A stretch of 64,000 nucleotides of DNA from Haliotis rubra. Lineage: Eukaryota. A program made the translations under genes and the position numbers. The notes under the pieces are model-generated. The model was not told where the DNA came from. It searched no databases and worked only from the letters and a program-made list of their open reading frames with translations. Of the stretch, positions 63,770 through 64,000 are shown piece by piece. Each line of letters begins with the position of its first letter. Position 1 is the stretch's first letter. The DNA lies in NCBI RefSeq assembly GCF_003918875.1, contig NW_025767023.1, positions 248,001-312,000 of the forward strand. The letters are read 5' to 3'.

Positions 63770-64000
63770 GGTCACATGCAACGTGAAACGCAACTTTGCA
63801 GATTCTGATACCTTTCGGTATCGACTTACCGAAACAAATCGTCAAAAATGCAAATTCAGCTTATAAAGTTGAAAAAAAAACCGCTCGAAATCGGAGTTCA
63901 AACGTTTCACTAATTTTCCCCCGACTTTTCTGGGGGAAACTGGTTTCAACAGCTGGGCTGCGCTCATAGCACGTGCGCAGTGAAATAGGTTCGCGCAGCT
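63770..64000 (+). mobile_element. Possible left end of a TTAA-targeting (Kolobok-like) non-autonomous DNA element, cut by the window edge
   Basis: TTAA|AGGTCACATGCAACG start; the other end is not visible. Confidence 0.3.

Overview
Eukaryotic, AT-rich, intron-containing animal DNA. The SINE set suggests a mollusc, probably a gastropod such as abalone (inference from memory, not a search). Main contents: (1) A young, non-autonomous Gypsy-type LTR element on the minus strand (958-8496). It has near-identical 1.76-kb LTRs, a tRNA-Leu PBS, a PPT, an intact gag, a retained -1 frameshift signal leading into a Pol that has lost PR/RT/RH/IN-core in frame, and an extra C2H2 zinc-finger ORF in the env position. 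(2) Two tandem 9-exon NEK4-like genes (18248-24741 and 31820-48771, + strand). Both carry HRD->HRN and share a PP1-docking RVxF-type motif, so they are probably pseudokinase scaffolds. (3) Dense SINEs of three families. One lacks a tRNA head and starts precisely at a covarying pseudoknot, a candidate self-processing RNA. (4) A decayed Tc1 DD34E transposase, Tc1-type MITEs, a decayed EnSpm-like transposon and six minisatellites. Several single-base indels suggest long-read consensus errors, so frameshift-based claims are provisional.
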